64,000 nt of DNA from Deltaproteobacteria bacterium (GTDB lineage: Bacteria; Myxococcota_A; UBA9160; SMWR01), in the NCBI GenBank assembly GCA_032128375.1, contig JAQBGU010000084.1:1-64000 (forward strand), in the 5' to 3' direction. Numbering within the stretch: position 1 is the stretch's first letter; each line of letters starts with the position of its first letter. The notes beneath the pieces are model-generated. The model was not told the origin of the DNA and did no database searches. It was given only the letters and a program-made list of their open reading frames with translations. This document shows, piece by piece, positions 1-9,348 of this stretch. The translations under genes were made by a program, and so were the position numbers.

Positions 1-158
1 TCGCCGATCCAGGCCTCGTCGTAGCCGAGCGCGTCGAGGTGGTCGATGAGTTCGAGGTCACGCTGCATGGCCATCGTCGGGTCTTCGTCGACCGGGTGAA
101 ACGGCGCGAGAAAGATTCCGTATCGCTTTCGATGCGGCCGAGAAGAGTTGGCTGACAT
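1..158 (-). CDS. LLM-class flavin-dependent oxidoreductase (limonene 1,2-monooxygenase-like), N-terminus only; runs off the window edge
   Basis: Own translation: MSANSSRPHRKRYGIFLAPFHPVDEDPTMAMQRDLELIDHLDALGYDEAWIGE, a typical luciferase-like monooxygenase N-terminus. Confidence 0.85.
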   Translation of the reverse strand, partial: MSANSSRPHRKRYGIFLAPFHPVDEDPTMAMQRDLELIDHLDALGYDEAWIG

Positions 159-204
159 TTGAGTGCTTGACATGGGGGCTCCGGTATATTTGACGTTGCG
201 AGTT

Positions 205-1248
205 TCAGCGCTCTTCCGGCTCGCTGTCGTGTGTTTTCGGTTGTGGTCTATTTCGGTTCGTCGCTGCCTGGAGATCGAGCTGTTCGAAAAAATCGATCAG
301 GGCCCGATTGGTCTCTTCGGGCTTTTCCTGCTGGTTCCAGTGGCCCGCGCCTTCGATCAATACCTTGCTGCGCAGGTCTGTGACCACGGTATCGAGCATT
401 TGGACCATCGGACCCTCGCCATTGCGTTGCGGGCCGGTGACGACACCGTCCTTCAGACCCCCGATGAACATTGCGGGTACGTTTACCTTCGCGTTCGCCC
501 ACGGTGCGAGCAGTTCCCAATTGCGCTTGAAATTGCGATACCAGTTCAGCCCGCCGCGAAAGCCTGTGCGCTTGAACTCACCGACGTAGTACGCCAGGTC
601 CTCTTCCGAAAGCCAGTCTGGCAGCTTGTCGGGTTGGACCATGGCATCGAGAAAGCCGGCGGTCTTGGGAAGGTTGAAGTTCCATTCGTGGTCGTCTGGA
701 AGGGAACCGGAAGCGGTGTACAACATGCCGCGCATCGTTTCTTCCACGCGCGGATCCAGTTCGGCCTCTGCTTTGCCGGGTTCCTGAAAATACAACACGT
801 ACATGAACCGATCGCCTGCCATCGCCTTCATCAGATCGAGCGGGTTGATCGGTGTGCGTGGCAGGAAAGGCACGCTCATGCCGACCACGGCCGGGAAACG
901 GTCCGGTCGAATCAACGCCGCGTCCCACGCCACGATCGACCCCCAATCGTGTCCGACGATCACAGCACTTTGCTCGCCGAGCGCGTCGAGCAACCCGACC
1001 TGGTCGCCAACGAGGTGCATGATCGTGTAGGCGTCGATCGCTTCGGGCGCGTCGGTTTGGCCGTATCCGCGCTGGTCGGATGCGACGACGTGGTAGCCGG
1101 CGTCCGCCAAAACGCTGAGTTGATGTCGCCACGAGTACCAAGATTCCGGGAAGCCATGGCACAACAGAATCAGCGGTCCTGCGCCCGCTTCGGCGATGTG
1201 CATCTGAATGCCGTTGGTTGCAATCGTGCGGTGCTGAATCTCGGCCAT
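205..1248 (-). CDS. Epoxide hydrolase (alpha/beta hydrolase, EphA/EphB-like)
   Basis: HGFPE oxyanion motif, GHDWG nucleophile, NWYRN, GAGHW catalytic His. Confidence 0.9.
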   Translation of the reverse strand: MAEIQHRTIATNGIQMHIAEAGAGPLILLCHGFPESWYSWRHQLSVLADAGYHVVASDQRGYGQTDAPEAIDAYTIMHLVGDQVGLLDALGEQSAVIVGHDWGSIVAWDAALIRPDRFPAVVGMSVPFLPRTPINPLDLMKAMAGDRFMYVLYFQEPGKAEAELDPRVEETMRGMLYTASGSLPDDHEWNFNLPKTAGFLDAMVQPDKLPDWLSEEDLAYYVGEFKRTGFRGGLNWYRNFKRNWELLAPWANAKVNVPAMFIGGLKDGVVTGPQRNGEGPMVQMLDTVVTDLRSKVLIEGAGHWNQQEKPEETNRALIDFFEQLDLQAATNRNRPQPKTHDSEPEER

Positions 1249-1306
1249 CGAGCCTCCGTCGGAATTTGATCCGAATACGCGCGCCAGGCAGATCATTCCA
1301 GATAGC

Positions 1307-1356
1307 TAGACCGAAGTCCAGTTATGGAATACAATCCGAAAATGGACTCACGGATA
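1307..1356 (+). promoter_or_regulatory. Putative sigma70 promoter (TAGACC-17-TACAAT) overlapped by TGGA-N6-TCC(A/G) palindromes; likely TetR operator
   Basis: Lies in the divergent region upstream of tetR; 28/32 identical to the reverse complement of 11148-11179. Confidence 0.6.
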
Positions 1357-1372
1357 AAAGTTGAATCATCCG

Positions 1373-2038
1373 ATGGCTGAGCGAACGGAGCCGCATTTGC
1401 CCGAATCGAACGCACCCGAGGCCGGTTCACGGAGAGCGCGAAAGAAGGAACGCACGCGGCGTCAGATCTATGAAGCCGCGATGGAGTTGTTCGCCGTTGA
1501 TGGCTTCGACGGTGTCACGATCTCAGCCATCTGCGACCGCGCCGATGTCGGGCGCGGTACGTTCTTCCTGCACTTTCCGAGCAAATCCGCTCTGCTCTTC
1601 GAGTTCAGCCAGAAGGTGGCAGACGAGTTTTCGTTGAGCCTGCCGGACCACCCCATCAGCGCACGCATCGAACTCGAGGCGTTGGTGGATCGCATCGCCG
1701 CGGGCCTCGCCGACCACAGCGACGTGATGCTCGCGATGCTTCGTGAATTCTCGACGAGCCCGGAGGTACTCGCGTTCGGCAGGGAAAACGGCTGGGCGTT
1801 TCCAGACCTGATCGCGCGGATCGTCGAGCGAGGTCAGAAGGAAGGGGAATTCCGGACCCAGATCGATCCTCGGCTCGTGGCCGCGTCGCTGCTGTCGACC
1901 GCGGGCGCGATCTTGAGCGGCTGGGTGTTTCGACCCGACGAGATTGCGGTCTCGAAAGAAGTGATTCGCGCGCAGTTCTTCGCGCTTCTTTTTACCGGAC
2001 TGGTTCCGAACGACGCACAAGGTGACCCGAAATCGTGA
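1373..2038 (+). CDS. TetR/AcrR family transcriptional regulator
   Basis: N-terminal HTH RRQIYEAAMELF...GFDGVTISAICDRADVGRGTFFLHFPSK. Confidence 0.95.
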   Translation: MAERTEPHLPESNAPEAGSRRARKKERTRRQIYEAAMELFAVDGFDGVTISAICDRADVGRGTFFLHFPSKSALLFEFSQKVADEFSLSLPDHPISARIELEALVDRIAAGLADHSDVMLAMLREFSTSPEVLAFGRENGWAFPDLIARIVERGQKEGEFRTQIDPRLVAASLLSTAGAILSGWVFRPDEIAVSKEVIRAQFFALLFTGLVPNDAQGDPKS

Positions 2039-3552
2039 CCGAGAAGGATTCGTCGAAAAAACACATCGTCGTCATCGGTGGCTCGATCACCGGTTTGGGT
2101 GCCGGGCTCGCGCTCTCATCGGGTGGCCATCGCGTGACAATCCTCGAAGCGGACTCCGCGCCGATGCCGGAGAGCTACCTCGAAGCCTTCGATTGGGACC
2201 GGCGCGGCTCGCCGCAAACCAGGCACTCGCACGCGCTGCTGGCGCGCTTGTACCTGTTCATCCGCGACCGCGCCCCGGGCCTGCTCGAAAAAATTCTCGC
2301 GTGTGGTGCCGAAGAGCTCGGCTTCGTCGATCGCGCCCGTGAGATATTCGGAGACGTCGAACTCGAAGAGGGCGACGAGGACATCGTCTTGCTCGCCTGC
2401 CGGCGCAGCACGTTCGAATGGGTGCTGCGGCGTCACATCCTCGATACCGGTCTGGTGGACTTTCGCGACGGGGTTTCCGTGACCGGCCTGTCGAGTATTC
2501 GTGATGAAGCGACCAGGCTTCCGCGTGTGACTGGAGTTCGCGTCGAAGACAAGGACGGCTTGGCGTTCGAGGTAACGGGCGACTTGATTGTCGATGCCAG
2601 TGGTCGGCGATCGCAGCTGCGCAAGTGGTTGCCGCAGATCGGTACACCGGAGATACGTCAGGATCTGGAACCGTGCGGAATCTTCTATACCTCGCGCTTC
2701 TATCGCCTGCACGATGGAGCCAAGCCGCCGGAACTCGACGGGGGCATCGTCGGTGCAGACCTCGGATATCTCAAGGTCGGTTTGTTTCCCGGTGATTCGC
2801 GGATCTTCAGCCTCACGCTGGCAGCAGATCCCCATGACGACGTGATGCGTAAGATCCTTCACGAACCCGGCTTCGACGCGGCCGCCGCAGCGATTCCGGT
2901 CGCAGCATCCTGGACGAACCCGGAAATTTCGCAGCCGATCTCCGGTGTCAATGGGATGGCCAACCTGAACAACACACGGCGCTACCTGGTCGAGAACGGT
3001 GAACCAGTGGCGCTGGGCGTTTGTGCGATCGGCGACGCGCTGATTCACACCAACCCGATCGTCGGGCGTGGCTGCAGCCTGGGTTGGGTGGGCGCATTCG
3101 CGCTGGCGGATGCGCTTCGCGAGCACCCGCACGACCTGCGCGCACTGGCACTGGATCTGGACGCCCGAATCGAGCGCGACGTGGTCCCCTGGTACAAGAT
3201 TCAGCTGCAACAGGATCGCGATGCGATCGACGTGGCGGAAGCGCAGCGCCGAGGCGAGAACCCCTACCAGGTGGTGCGCGACGACGGCACCAACGATCCC
3301 AAGGCCTTCATGCGTTCCGTGCTCCGCGAAGGGCTGCTGCCGGCGCTCCGCGAAGACCTGACGCTGATGCGCATCTTCATGCGCGCGATGAACCTGCTCG
3401 AAAAGCCCGATGACCTGATGTCGCGCCCGGAAGTCATGCAACGCGTGATGGCGTCGTACCAGAAGCGCGAACAGCGCGAGCCGATCTTCCGGGGGCCGGG
3501 CCGAAGCGAGATGCTGAGCATCCTGGAAAGGGTCGAGGAAGCGGCGGCCTGA
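2035..3552 (+). CDS. FAD-dependent oxidoreductase/monooxygenase
   Basis: VIGGSITG Rossmann motif, VDASGRRS, IGDA..TNPIVGRG; GTGA overlap with tetR. Confidence 0.85.
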   Translation: MTEKDSSKKHIVVIGGSITGLGAGLALSSGGHRVTILEADSAPMPESYLEAFDWDRRGSPQTRHSHALLARLYLFIRDRAPGLLEKILACGAEELGFVDRAREIFGDVELEEGDEDIVLLACRRSTFEWVLRRHILDTGLVDFRDGVSVTGLSSIRDEATRLPRVTGVRVEDKDGLAFEVTGDLIVDASGRRSQLRKWLPQIGTPEIRQDLEPCGIFYTSRFYRLHDGAKPPELDGGIVGADLGYLKVGLFPGDSRIFSLTLAADPHDDVMRKILHEPGFDAAAAAIPVAASWTNPEISQPISGVNGMANLNNTRRYLVENGEPVALGVCAIGDALIHTNPIVGRGCSLGWVGAFALADALREHPHDLRALALDLDARIERDVVPWYKIQLQQDRDAIDVAEAQRRGENPYQVVRDDGTNDPKAFMRSVLREGLLPALREDLTLMRIFMRAMNLLEKPDDLMSRPEVMQRVMASYQKREQREPIFRGPGRSEMLSILERVEEAAA

Positions 3553-3588
3553 CCCTGAACCGGTGCTGTTTTTCAGCAATCTGAAGGG

Positions 3589-4476
3589 TCAGAGGGGAAA
3601 CTCCCGCTGGTGGGCTTCCCATGCGGCCTCGAAGCGGGCCAGGTTCTCTTCGGTGTATGCGGTGAAGTCGAAAACGATGTTGGAGTGGAGTTCCGAAACC
3701 ATGCTCCACATCGCTTCGCGCATCAAAGACGCGCACTTCATCGCAGAGTAGGATCGACCCAGCTGCTTTTCCGGCAAGCGATCGAAGTAGGCTGCCAGGA
3801 GCGAATGTTCCTGGTCGAATGAAAATTCGTTGTTGGCGGCGAGATTGGCCAGGTCGAACAGTGGACTGTTGAAGCCCGCGTAGTCCCAGTCGATCAACCA
3901 CAGACGCTGACCATCATCGATCCAATTTGCCGCCAACAAATCGTTGTGGCCGAACACGAGATCGATTGATCCGACCTCCTGCTCCAGCAAGCTGGCGATC
4001 TGGCTGACGCGCGGAAGCCGCGCGCAGTGTGGACTGGCCCCCTCGCGCAACGTCGACGCATAGTCGCGCAATAGGTGAAACACCCAGAACACCAGCGCAG
4101 GTCCCCGGAAGTGTTTGGGGATCTCCGTGTGGCAACGACCGATCATTTCGACGATCCGCGGCAGGTTCTCCGGTTTGCGAACGTCAGCCGCGCTCAGCGT
4201 TTCGCCCTCGATGAATCGCAGCACCAGCGCGCCATCGCTCGCGTGTACGACTTCGGGTGACAGACCCGCTGCGTGGGCGGCGCGACTCGCGGCCAGCTCG
4301 TTGAAGCGCATCAAGCCGTGCATCGGAATGTCGCGGCCAAGCCGAACGAAAAATTTCTCCCGGGCGTCGACGACGACGAAGTTTTCGTTGGTGAGGCCGC
4401 CTGCCAGCGGTATCGGCTCGACCGCCGTTGACCAGCAACTCAGCCCGGCGATCCTTTCAAGCTTGGCGGAGGCCAT
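3589..4476 (-). CDS. Choline/ethanolamine kinase-like phosphotransferase
   Basis: GGLTNENF, HNDLLAANW (Brenner motif), LIDWDYAG. Confidence 0.88.
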   Translation of the reverse strand: MASAKLERIAGLSCWSTAVEPIPLAGGLTNENFVVVDAREKFFVRLGRDIPMHGLMRFNELAASRAAHAAGLSPEVVHASDGALVLRFIEGETLSAADVRKPENLPRIVEMIGRCHTEIPKHFRGPALVFWVFHLLRDYASTLREGASPHCARLPRVSQIASLLEQEVGSIDLVFGHNDLLAANWIDDGQRLWLIDWDYAGFNSPLFDLANLAANNEFSFDQEHSLLAAYFDRLPEKQLGRSYSAMKCASLMREAMWSMVSELHSNIVFDFTAYTEENLARFEAAWEAHQREFPL

Positions 4477-4564
4477 CGTCGGAGCGTACGCTCGATTCAG
4501 CGGCTGGGCCACGCGAACCGGGGGTCCCGGTGATGGCAACCGCCGCGAGGCCACGGGGAACAGC

Positions 4565-5809
4565 ATGACATCAGCACCGGACGTCCTGGTGATCGGCGGC
4601 GGAATCGCGGGTGCGTCGATCGCGTACCAGTTTTCGACGCGCGGTCAAAAGGTCCTGGTTCTGGAGCGGGCCATGCTCGGCTCCGGCTCGACGAGCCGGG
4701 CCGCCGGGCTGCTGGGGCAGCTGCGAAGCACCGAAGCGGCGACAGCGATGCTGATGGAGAGCCTCGAGATCGTCCGCTCGATCGAGCGAGAACTCGGCAT
4801 CGAACTCTTCGTCGAAACGGGCAGCGTGCGCATCGCGACAACGCCTGAGCGGGAACTAACAACGCGCCAGAGTGTTGTATTCGGTCAAGCGTTGGGCCTC
4901 GACCTCCAATTGATCGATTTGGCGGAGCTCGAGTCACTTGCCCCCTACATGGACACCAATGACGTGCTTGCGGCGAGCTACTGCCCGACCGATGGGCATC
5001 TCATGCCGGCCGAGTTGCACGCGGCGTTCGTCAAGCTGGCACGACAAAACGGCGTCGAATTTCGCACGCATACACCGGTGCGACGAATAGCGATCGAAAG
5101 CGGGCGGGCGGTCGGTGTCGAGAGCCTTCACGGACGCATCCATGCCGGGGTTGTCGTGAATGCGACGGGCCCCTGGTCGTACGGCGTGGCGAACGGATCG
5201 GGCGCCGTATTGCAGACCGTGGCGATCGGACACTCCTATCTCACGACGACACCCGTTGCGCGCTGCGACGTCGGTCGAATGACACCGGCAGTCCGCGATT
5301 ACGACCATCGGATCTATAGCCGCCCCGATGCAGGGGGTCTGCTCGTCGGGATCTACGAAGCCGAACCGCAGGTCTACGACATGCAGGCACTCGGCGATTC
5401 GTTCGACATGAGCGCGATGCGCGTCGCGCGTGACGACTTGACCGTCGCGCATCTGTTGGAGGCAGCGCGCCACCGCTTCCCGTTCTTGCACGACGATGTC
5501 CCTTTTCAGGTCACACACGGAATCATGACGTTTACGCCGAACGGGAGCCCCATGTGTGGCGAGATCCCAGGGATCGCGAATTTGTATCACTGCGCGGGTT
5601 TCTGCGGACACGGGATCGTGCGCAGCCCGGTAGTCGGCGCGATCATGGCCGACCTGATCCTCGACGGTCGGGAACGCTATGACCTCGAAGAACTGAGGGC
5701 GGATCGCTACGCGGATGTCCCCGAGTTGCAGGACCGACAGCAGATTGCGGCCGCTGGGGTCGCGTCGTATACCGGTCACTACGGCGGACGCGATCGATCG
5801 GTGAACTGA
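4565..5809 (+). CDS. FAD-dependent oxidoreductase (DAO family; sarcosine oxidase beta/dimethylglycine dehydrogenase N-domain-like)
   Basis: VLVIGGGIAG, GSGSTSRAAG, FTPNGSPMCG, GFCGHG; no GcvT domain. Confidence 0.85.
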   Translation: MTSAPDVLVIGGGIAGASIAYQFSTRGQKVLVLERAMLGSGSTSRAAGLLGQLRSTEAATAMLMESLEIVRSIERELGIELFVETGSVRIATTPERELTTRQSVVFGQALGLDLQLIDLAELESLAPYMDTNDVLAASYCPTDGHLMPAELHAAFVKLARQNGVEFRTHTPVRRIAIESGRAVGVESLHGRIHAGVVVNATGPWSYGVANGSGAVLQTVAIGHSYLTTTPVARCDVGRMTPAVRDYDHRIYSRPDAGGLLVGIYEAEPQVYDMQALGDSFDMSAMRVARDDLTVAHLLEAARHRFPFLHDDVPFQVTHGIMTFTPNGSPMCGEIPGIANLYHCAGFCGHGIVRSPVVGAIMADLILDGRERYDLEELRADRYADVPELQDRQQIAAAGVASYTGHYGGRDRSVN

Positions 5810-6004
5810 GCGCAGCCACTGCCGTCTGCGTCGTGGCGGCAATCGCAACCGAGCCAGTCGAGGCTCCGTCGGGTGCAGCCGACTGCCTGCGGTCGGCGAC
5901 GCGCTGTCGTGAGATCGCTGCAGCGTCGCATCTCGCACATCCATTGGCGCCGGCATCCGGCCGTCTGCGCGGTCAGACCGTGGCTCGAATCACTCGAATG
6001 TAGA

Positions 6005-6020
6005 TGGCACGCAGCTTGCT
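6005..6020 (+). promoter_or_regulatory. Sigma54 (-24/-12) promoter
   Basis: TGGCACGCAGCTTGCT matches the TGGCACG-N4-TTGC(A/T) consensus exactly. Confidence 0.6.
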
Positions 6021-6093
6021 CTTCGATGCCAAGCACATGTGTTGTCTGACTCGTAGATGACTGCATCGCCGCGGTGCTGTCCGCCGCGGCGTC

Positions 6094-6737
6094 GTGGTGA
6101 TGGCGGCGACTGGCTCGAACGCCGTGCTTGCTTATCGGCCGCTGCTGGTGTTCGGGCAGGGCTTCGCGATGTTGCTTGGAGAATCGGTTCATGCCTTCAT
6201 CTACTTCCAGTTCCCAGAGGAATCGTCGCGGGAATGCGGGTCGGGTCGAACTGCGAACGGCGATCGCAGGGTTATCGTTGCTGATCGCTGGTTTGCTTTT
6301 GGCACGCTGTAACCGGGAAATTCTGGACATCGTCCAGCCCGAGAAGAATCGGCTGCGCGAATCAGTCGAGGCGCTTGCGGCGAATTCGTTCTACCCGGCT
6401 GAGGCTGCACTCGTTTCTGGCTCGTCGCCGGTCTCGAACGGGTTCGTGCCGAAGTTTTCGACGCTGGAGACCACGCTGTCGACCCTGCAGACCACGTCGA
6501 AGTGATCTCAATGCCGGTCAACCACGCTTGGATCGAGCGGACCGCCGCCGGTGCAGTGGCCGAGCGCATCGAGCGAGAGACGCATGTGCGGGTCGTCGAC
6601 TTCGAGTCGATTCCGAAATTGACCCCGAGCTGTTCCTCGACGTGCCACAGCTGTCGCCGCTGAGGGGTGGACGGGTGTTCTCCGCACATCTCGCCGAATA
6701 CGACGCTCGGGTTCTGGCGCCCGTGGCGCTGCCGTGA
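6094..6737 (+). pseudogene. Remnants of an MBOAT O-acyltransferase C-terminus and a downstream partner gene
   Basis: ...LLGESVHAFIYFQF is the terminal motif of AlgI/DltB-type MBOATs; it is followed by a membrane-anchored fragment broken across frames. Confidence 0.45.
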
Positions 6738-7059
6738 TTGGCTGTCATTTAGTTCGCAGGTCCATCAGCAGGCCGAGCAACCGGAGCAGCCGTGATCAAG
6801 CCGACCGAGGTATCCGGGCAGTGGCAGCGTGCGGCCACGGCCCGCGATCGCGTGGACTCCCCAGCGCCGCGATGTGTTTGGGGGGATCCCGCGAGCGACG
6901 GATCGTCGCCGCTCCGTTCGGAACGACACGTTCACGCAACCGTCCTCGCAAGCCCACGGTTCCCAGTAGGTCTACCGGTTCCGCTCCGAAGACGTGTTAT
7001 GATCGCGGAGGCCGCTGTGCGTTGGGCTCCCTGATTGACTGATCCTGGATTGTGTTGAA

Positions 7060-7638
7060 ATGAAAATCGTCATCGATCTTCTGCCCGCGGTCGTGTTCTT
7101 CGCGTTTTATGCGATGGGTGACATCTACACGGCCACCGCTGCGGTCATCATCGCCTGCATTCTGCAGACGTTCGGTTACCGGTTGACGGCGGGTCGCTAC
7201 GACAAGTCCCATCTGCTGACGCTGGGTCTGGCGCTCGTTTTTGGCGGTGCAACGCTGGCGCTGCGAGATCCGGAGTTCATCAAGGCGAAGCCCACGCTGA
7301 TCTACGGGTTGATGGCACTCGCGTTTCTCAGCAGTCACTTCTTTGGCAAAGAGCTCATGGTGAAGCGGCTGCTCGGGAAGGCGTTTGCACTCTCGCCGCC
7401 GCTCTGGACCCGTTTGAACCTGTGCTGGGTCGTGTTCTTCGTCGTGCAGGCGGGTGCGAACGTGTTGGTTGCGGCGAACTTCGGCGAAGCCATCTGGGTC
7501 AACTTCAAGACGTTTGGCGACGTCGCGCTGATGCTCGTCTTCATGCTCGTGCAGTTGTACTTCTTGCGGGATCACCTGGTGGCACAGGAGCCCGCGGTTA
7601 TCGTCTCCGAGGTTCCGGACCGGCGGACCGGCGACTGA
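7060..7638 (+). CDS. ispZ: Inner membrane protein YciB (intracellular septation protein A)
   Basis: DLLPAVVFFAFY, FIKAKPTLIY, WVNFKTFG. Confidence 0.92.
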   Translation: MKIVIDLLPAVVFFAFYAMGDIYTATAAVIIACILQTFGYRLTAGRYDKSHLLTLGLALVFGGATLALRDPEFIKAKPTLIYGLMALAFLSSHFFGKELMVKRLLGKAFALSPPLWTRLNLCWVVFFVVQAGANVLVAANFGEAIWVNFKTFGDVALMLVFMLVQLYFLRDHLVAQEPAVIVSEVPDRRTGD

Positions 7639-7665
7639 TCCCGGCGAATCCGCCGGTTCTGTCAG

Positions 7666-9063
7666 CTACGGCTCGGTCAGCCGCCGCGCTTCGAGCTCGC
7701 GAACGATCTGCCCGTGCGTCTTCGCGTCGAGCTTGTAGAACATCAACGCGAACACCGAAACCGCGCCGAACGCCATGGGTACGATGGTGATGGTGTTGAG
7801 AATGCCGTTCAACGCAGCCGGCGTCTGCACGTTTCCGGCGACGTAACCGGTGGCACTGAGTATGAAGCCCGACAGGGCACCACCCAGCGCGCCGGCGAAT
7901 TTCTGGAAGAAGCCCGTCACCGCGTAGATGATGCCCTCGCCTCGGATACCGGTCTTCCACTCCGCGTACTCGACCGTGTCTGGAATGATCGACCAGGTGA
8001 GAACCCCGATGGGTGATCCGCTCAGTGCGCCCAGCATCGACCAGAGGAAGATCATCGCGATCTGGTCGTACGGTGTGAAATAGATCGCGAGCCCCGATAC
8101 GAAGCCCAGCCCGCTGCACGCCACCATCCCCCACGCCTTGCCGAGCTTTTCGCCAATCCTGGGAGCGGCAGCGATTCCCAGAAACGCGGGGATCGCCTGG
8201 GAAAGCAGGAACAGGCCCCACAGGTCTTCGCGGCCCAGGTTGTACTTGAAGTAATAGAGCTTGGCCCCAGTCTGGAGCGTGAACGAGACGGACCCCAACA
8301 CGAACACAATCATCAAGATCCACAAGGGGCCGCTCGATCGGTAGATCGTCCAGATGTCCCTGGGGCCGGCCATCCGGTCGCGAACCGGCTTCACGCGTTC
8401 ACGGACATGGGCGACGCAGTACCACAGCATTCCTGTCGCCAGCACCGAGTACACGGTCATCAGGGTTTGGTAGCCGGTGGCCGGGTCGTCGAACAGCGAG
8501 ACGAGGCCCGGTGTGAAGACTGCTACCGATCCACCGCCCAGCGTGGCGAACCCGATCCGGAACGTCGAAAGCTCGGTGCGTTGCTGTGCATCGGATGTGA
8601 TGCTCGCCGTGAGTGCCGAGTAGGGGATCGTGACGATCGTGAATGCGACTCCGTAAAGGATGTAGGTCGCGTACGCATAAGCGACTTTGGCACCCGGGCT
8701 GAGGGTGGGTACCGAAAACAGCAAGACGGACGCCACGCCGAGAGGAATGGCGCCGAATAGCAGGTATGGGCGCAACTTTCCCCAACGACTGTGGGTGCGA
8801 TCCGCAATCAGACCCATCAGCGGGTCGGTCAGCGCATCGGAGATTCGCGCTACCAACAAGACCGTTCCGGCGACGGCCGGCAACAGGCCGAAGACCTCGG
8901 TATAGAAGAACAGCAGGAAATTCGTCGTCATCGAGAAGTGGAAATTGATCCCGTAGTCTCCGAGGCCGTATCCGACCTTCTCGAGCAACGGGAGCGGCTC
9001 GGCGCGGCCGGCATAATCGGGTACATCGGGTACGAAATCGTGCACTGGGTCGTTTGATTCCAC
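7666..9063 (-). CDS. MFS transporter, glycoside-pentoside-hexuronide (GPH):cation symporter family
   Basis: EKVGYGLGD, DPLMGLIADRTHSRWGKLRPYLL, PDTVEYAEWKTGIRGEG. Confidence 0.92.
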   Translation of the reverse strand: MESNDPVHDFVPDVPDYAGRAEPLPLLEKVGYGLGDYGINFHFSMTTNFLLFFYTEVFGLLPAVAGTVLLVARISDALTDPLMGLIADRTHSRWGKLRPYLLFGAIPLGVASVLLFSVPTLSPGAKVAYAYATYILYGVAFTIVTIPYSALTASITSDAQQRTELSTFRIGFATLGGGSVAVFTPGLVSLFDDPATGYQTLMTVYSVLATGMLWYCVAHVRERVKPVRDRMAGPRDIWTIYRSSGPLWILMIVFVLGSVSFTLQTGAKLYYFKYNLGREDLWGLFLLSQAIPAFLGIAAAPRIGEKLGKAWGMVACSGLGFVSGLAIYFTPYDQIAMIFLWSMLGALSGSPIGVLTWSIIPDTVEYAEWKTGIRGEGIIYAVTGFFQKFAGALGGALSGFILSATGYVAGNVQTPAALNGILNTITIVPMAFGAVSVFALMFYKLDAKTHGQIVRELEARRLTEP

Positions 9064-9135
9064 GTCAGGTGTCCTGGCCGGTCGCGTCGACCCCGGCTGC
9101 TCGGTCGGCTCTTTGCGGCGAAAGTGTGCGGAGAA

Positions 9136-9169
9136 AGCTTCCCTGTCGTCGCCCGACCCATCTCGGATC
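9136..9169 (-). repeat. REP-like element, degenerate copy
   Basis: AAGCTT-N4-GTCGTCGCCCGACCCATCT matches the reverse complement of 41646-41674. Confidence 0.6.
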
Positions 9170-9242
9170 AGGTCATGGACACCAAACGGTGACGAATGTG
9201 CGGCGCGTGAAGCGCGGTGAATGTAACATGCTGGCGTCCAAT

Positions 9243-9345
9243 GGAGGGCCGAATTGGGGGGCTGAATTGGAGAGCCGAATTGGAGGGCCGAATTGGGGGG
9301 CCGAACTGGAGGGCCGAATTGGCGGGCCGAATTGAAGAGCCGATT
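9243..9345 (+). repeat. Tandem repeat, about 8 x 13 bp (GGAGGGCCGAATT)
   Basis: Read directly: seven full units plus a degenerate eighth. Confidence 0.9.
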
Positions 9346-9348
9346 GCG

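Noticed and set aside
163..1269. Long antisense ORFs (also 2116-3579, 26184-27500, 34499-35818, 37309-38790, 53083-54060)
   Set aside because: Shadow ORFs opposite well-supported genes, expected in GC-rich DNA; no recognisable motifs.
4115..4564. Long N-terminal extensions in the ORF track (also 13738-14451, 21758-22048, 23996-24373, 54538-54870)
   Set aside because: They overlap neighbouring genes or promoters, and homology starts at downstream start codons.
6740..7050. Short ORFs in this interval (also 50528-50640 and 57920-58160)
   Set aside because: No recognisable motifs or RBS; they cannot be supported without a homology search.
9243..9345. CRISPR-like array (also considered for 21887-21941)
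   Set aside because: The units are contiguous 11-13-mers with no unique spacers, and there are no cas genes in the window.
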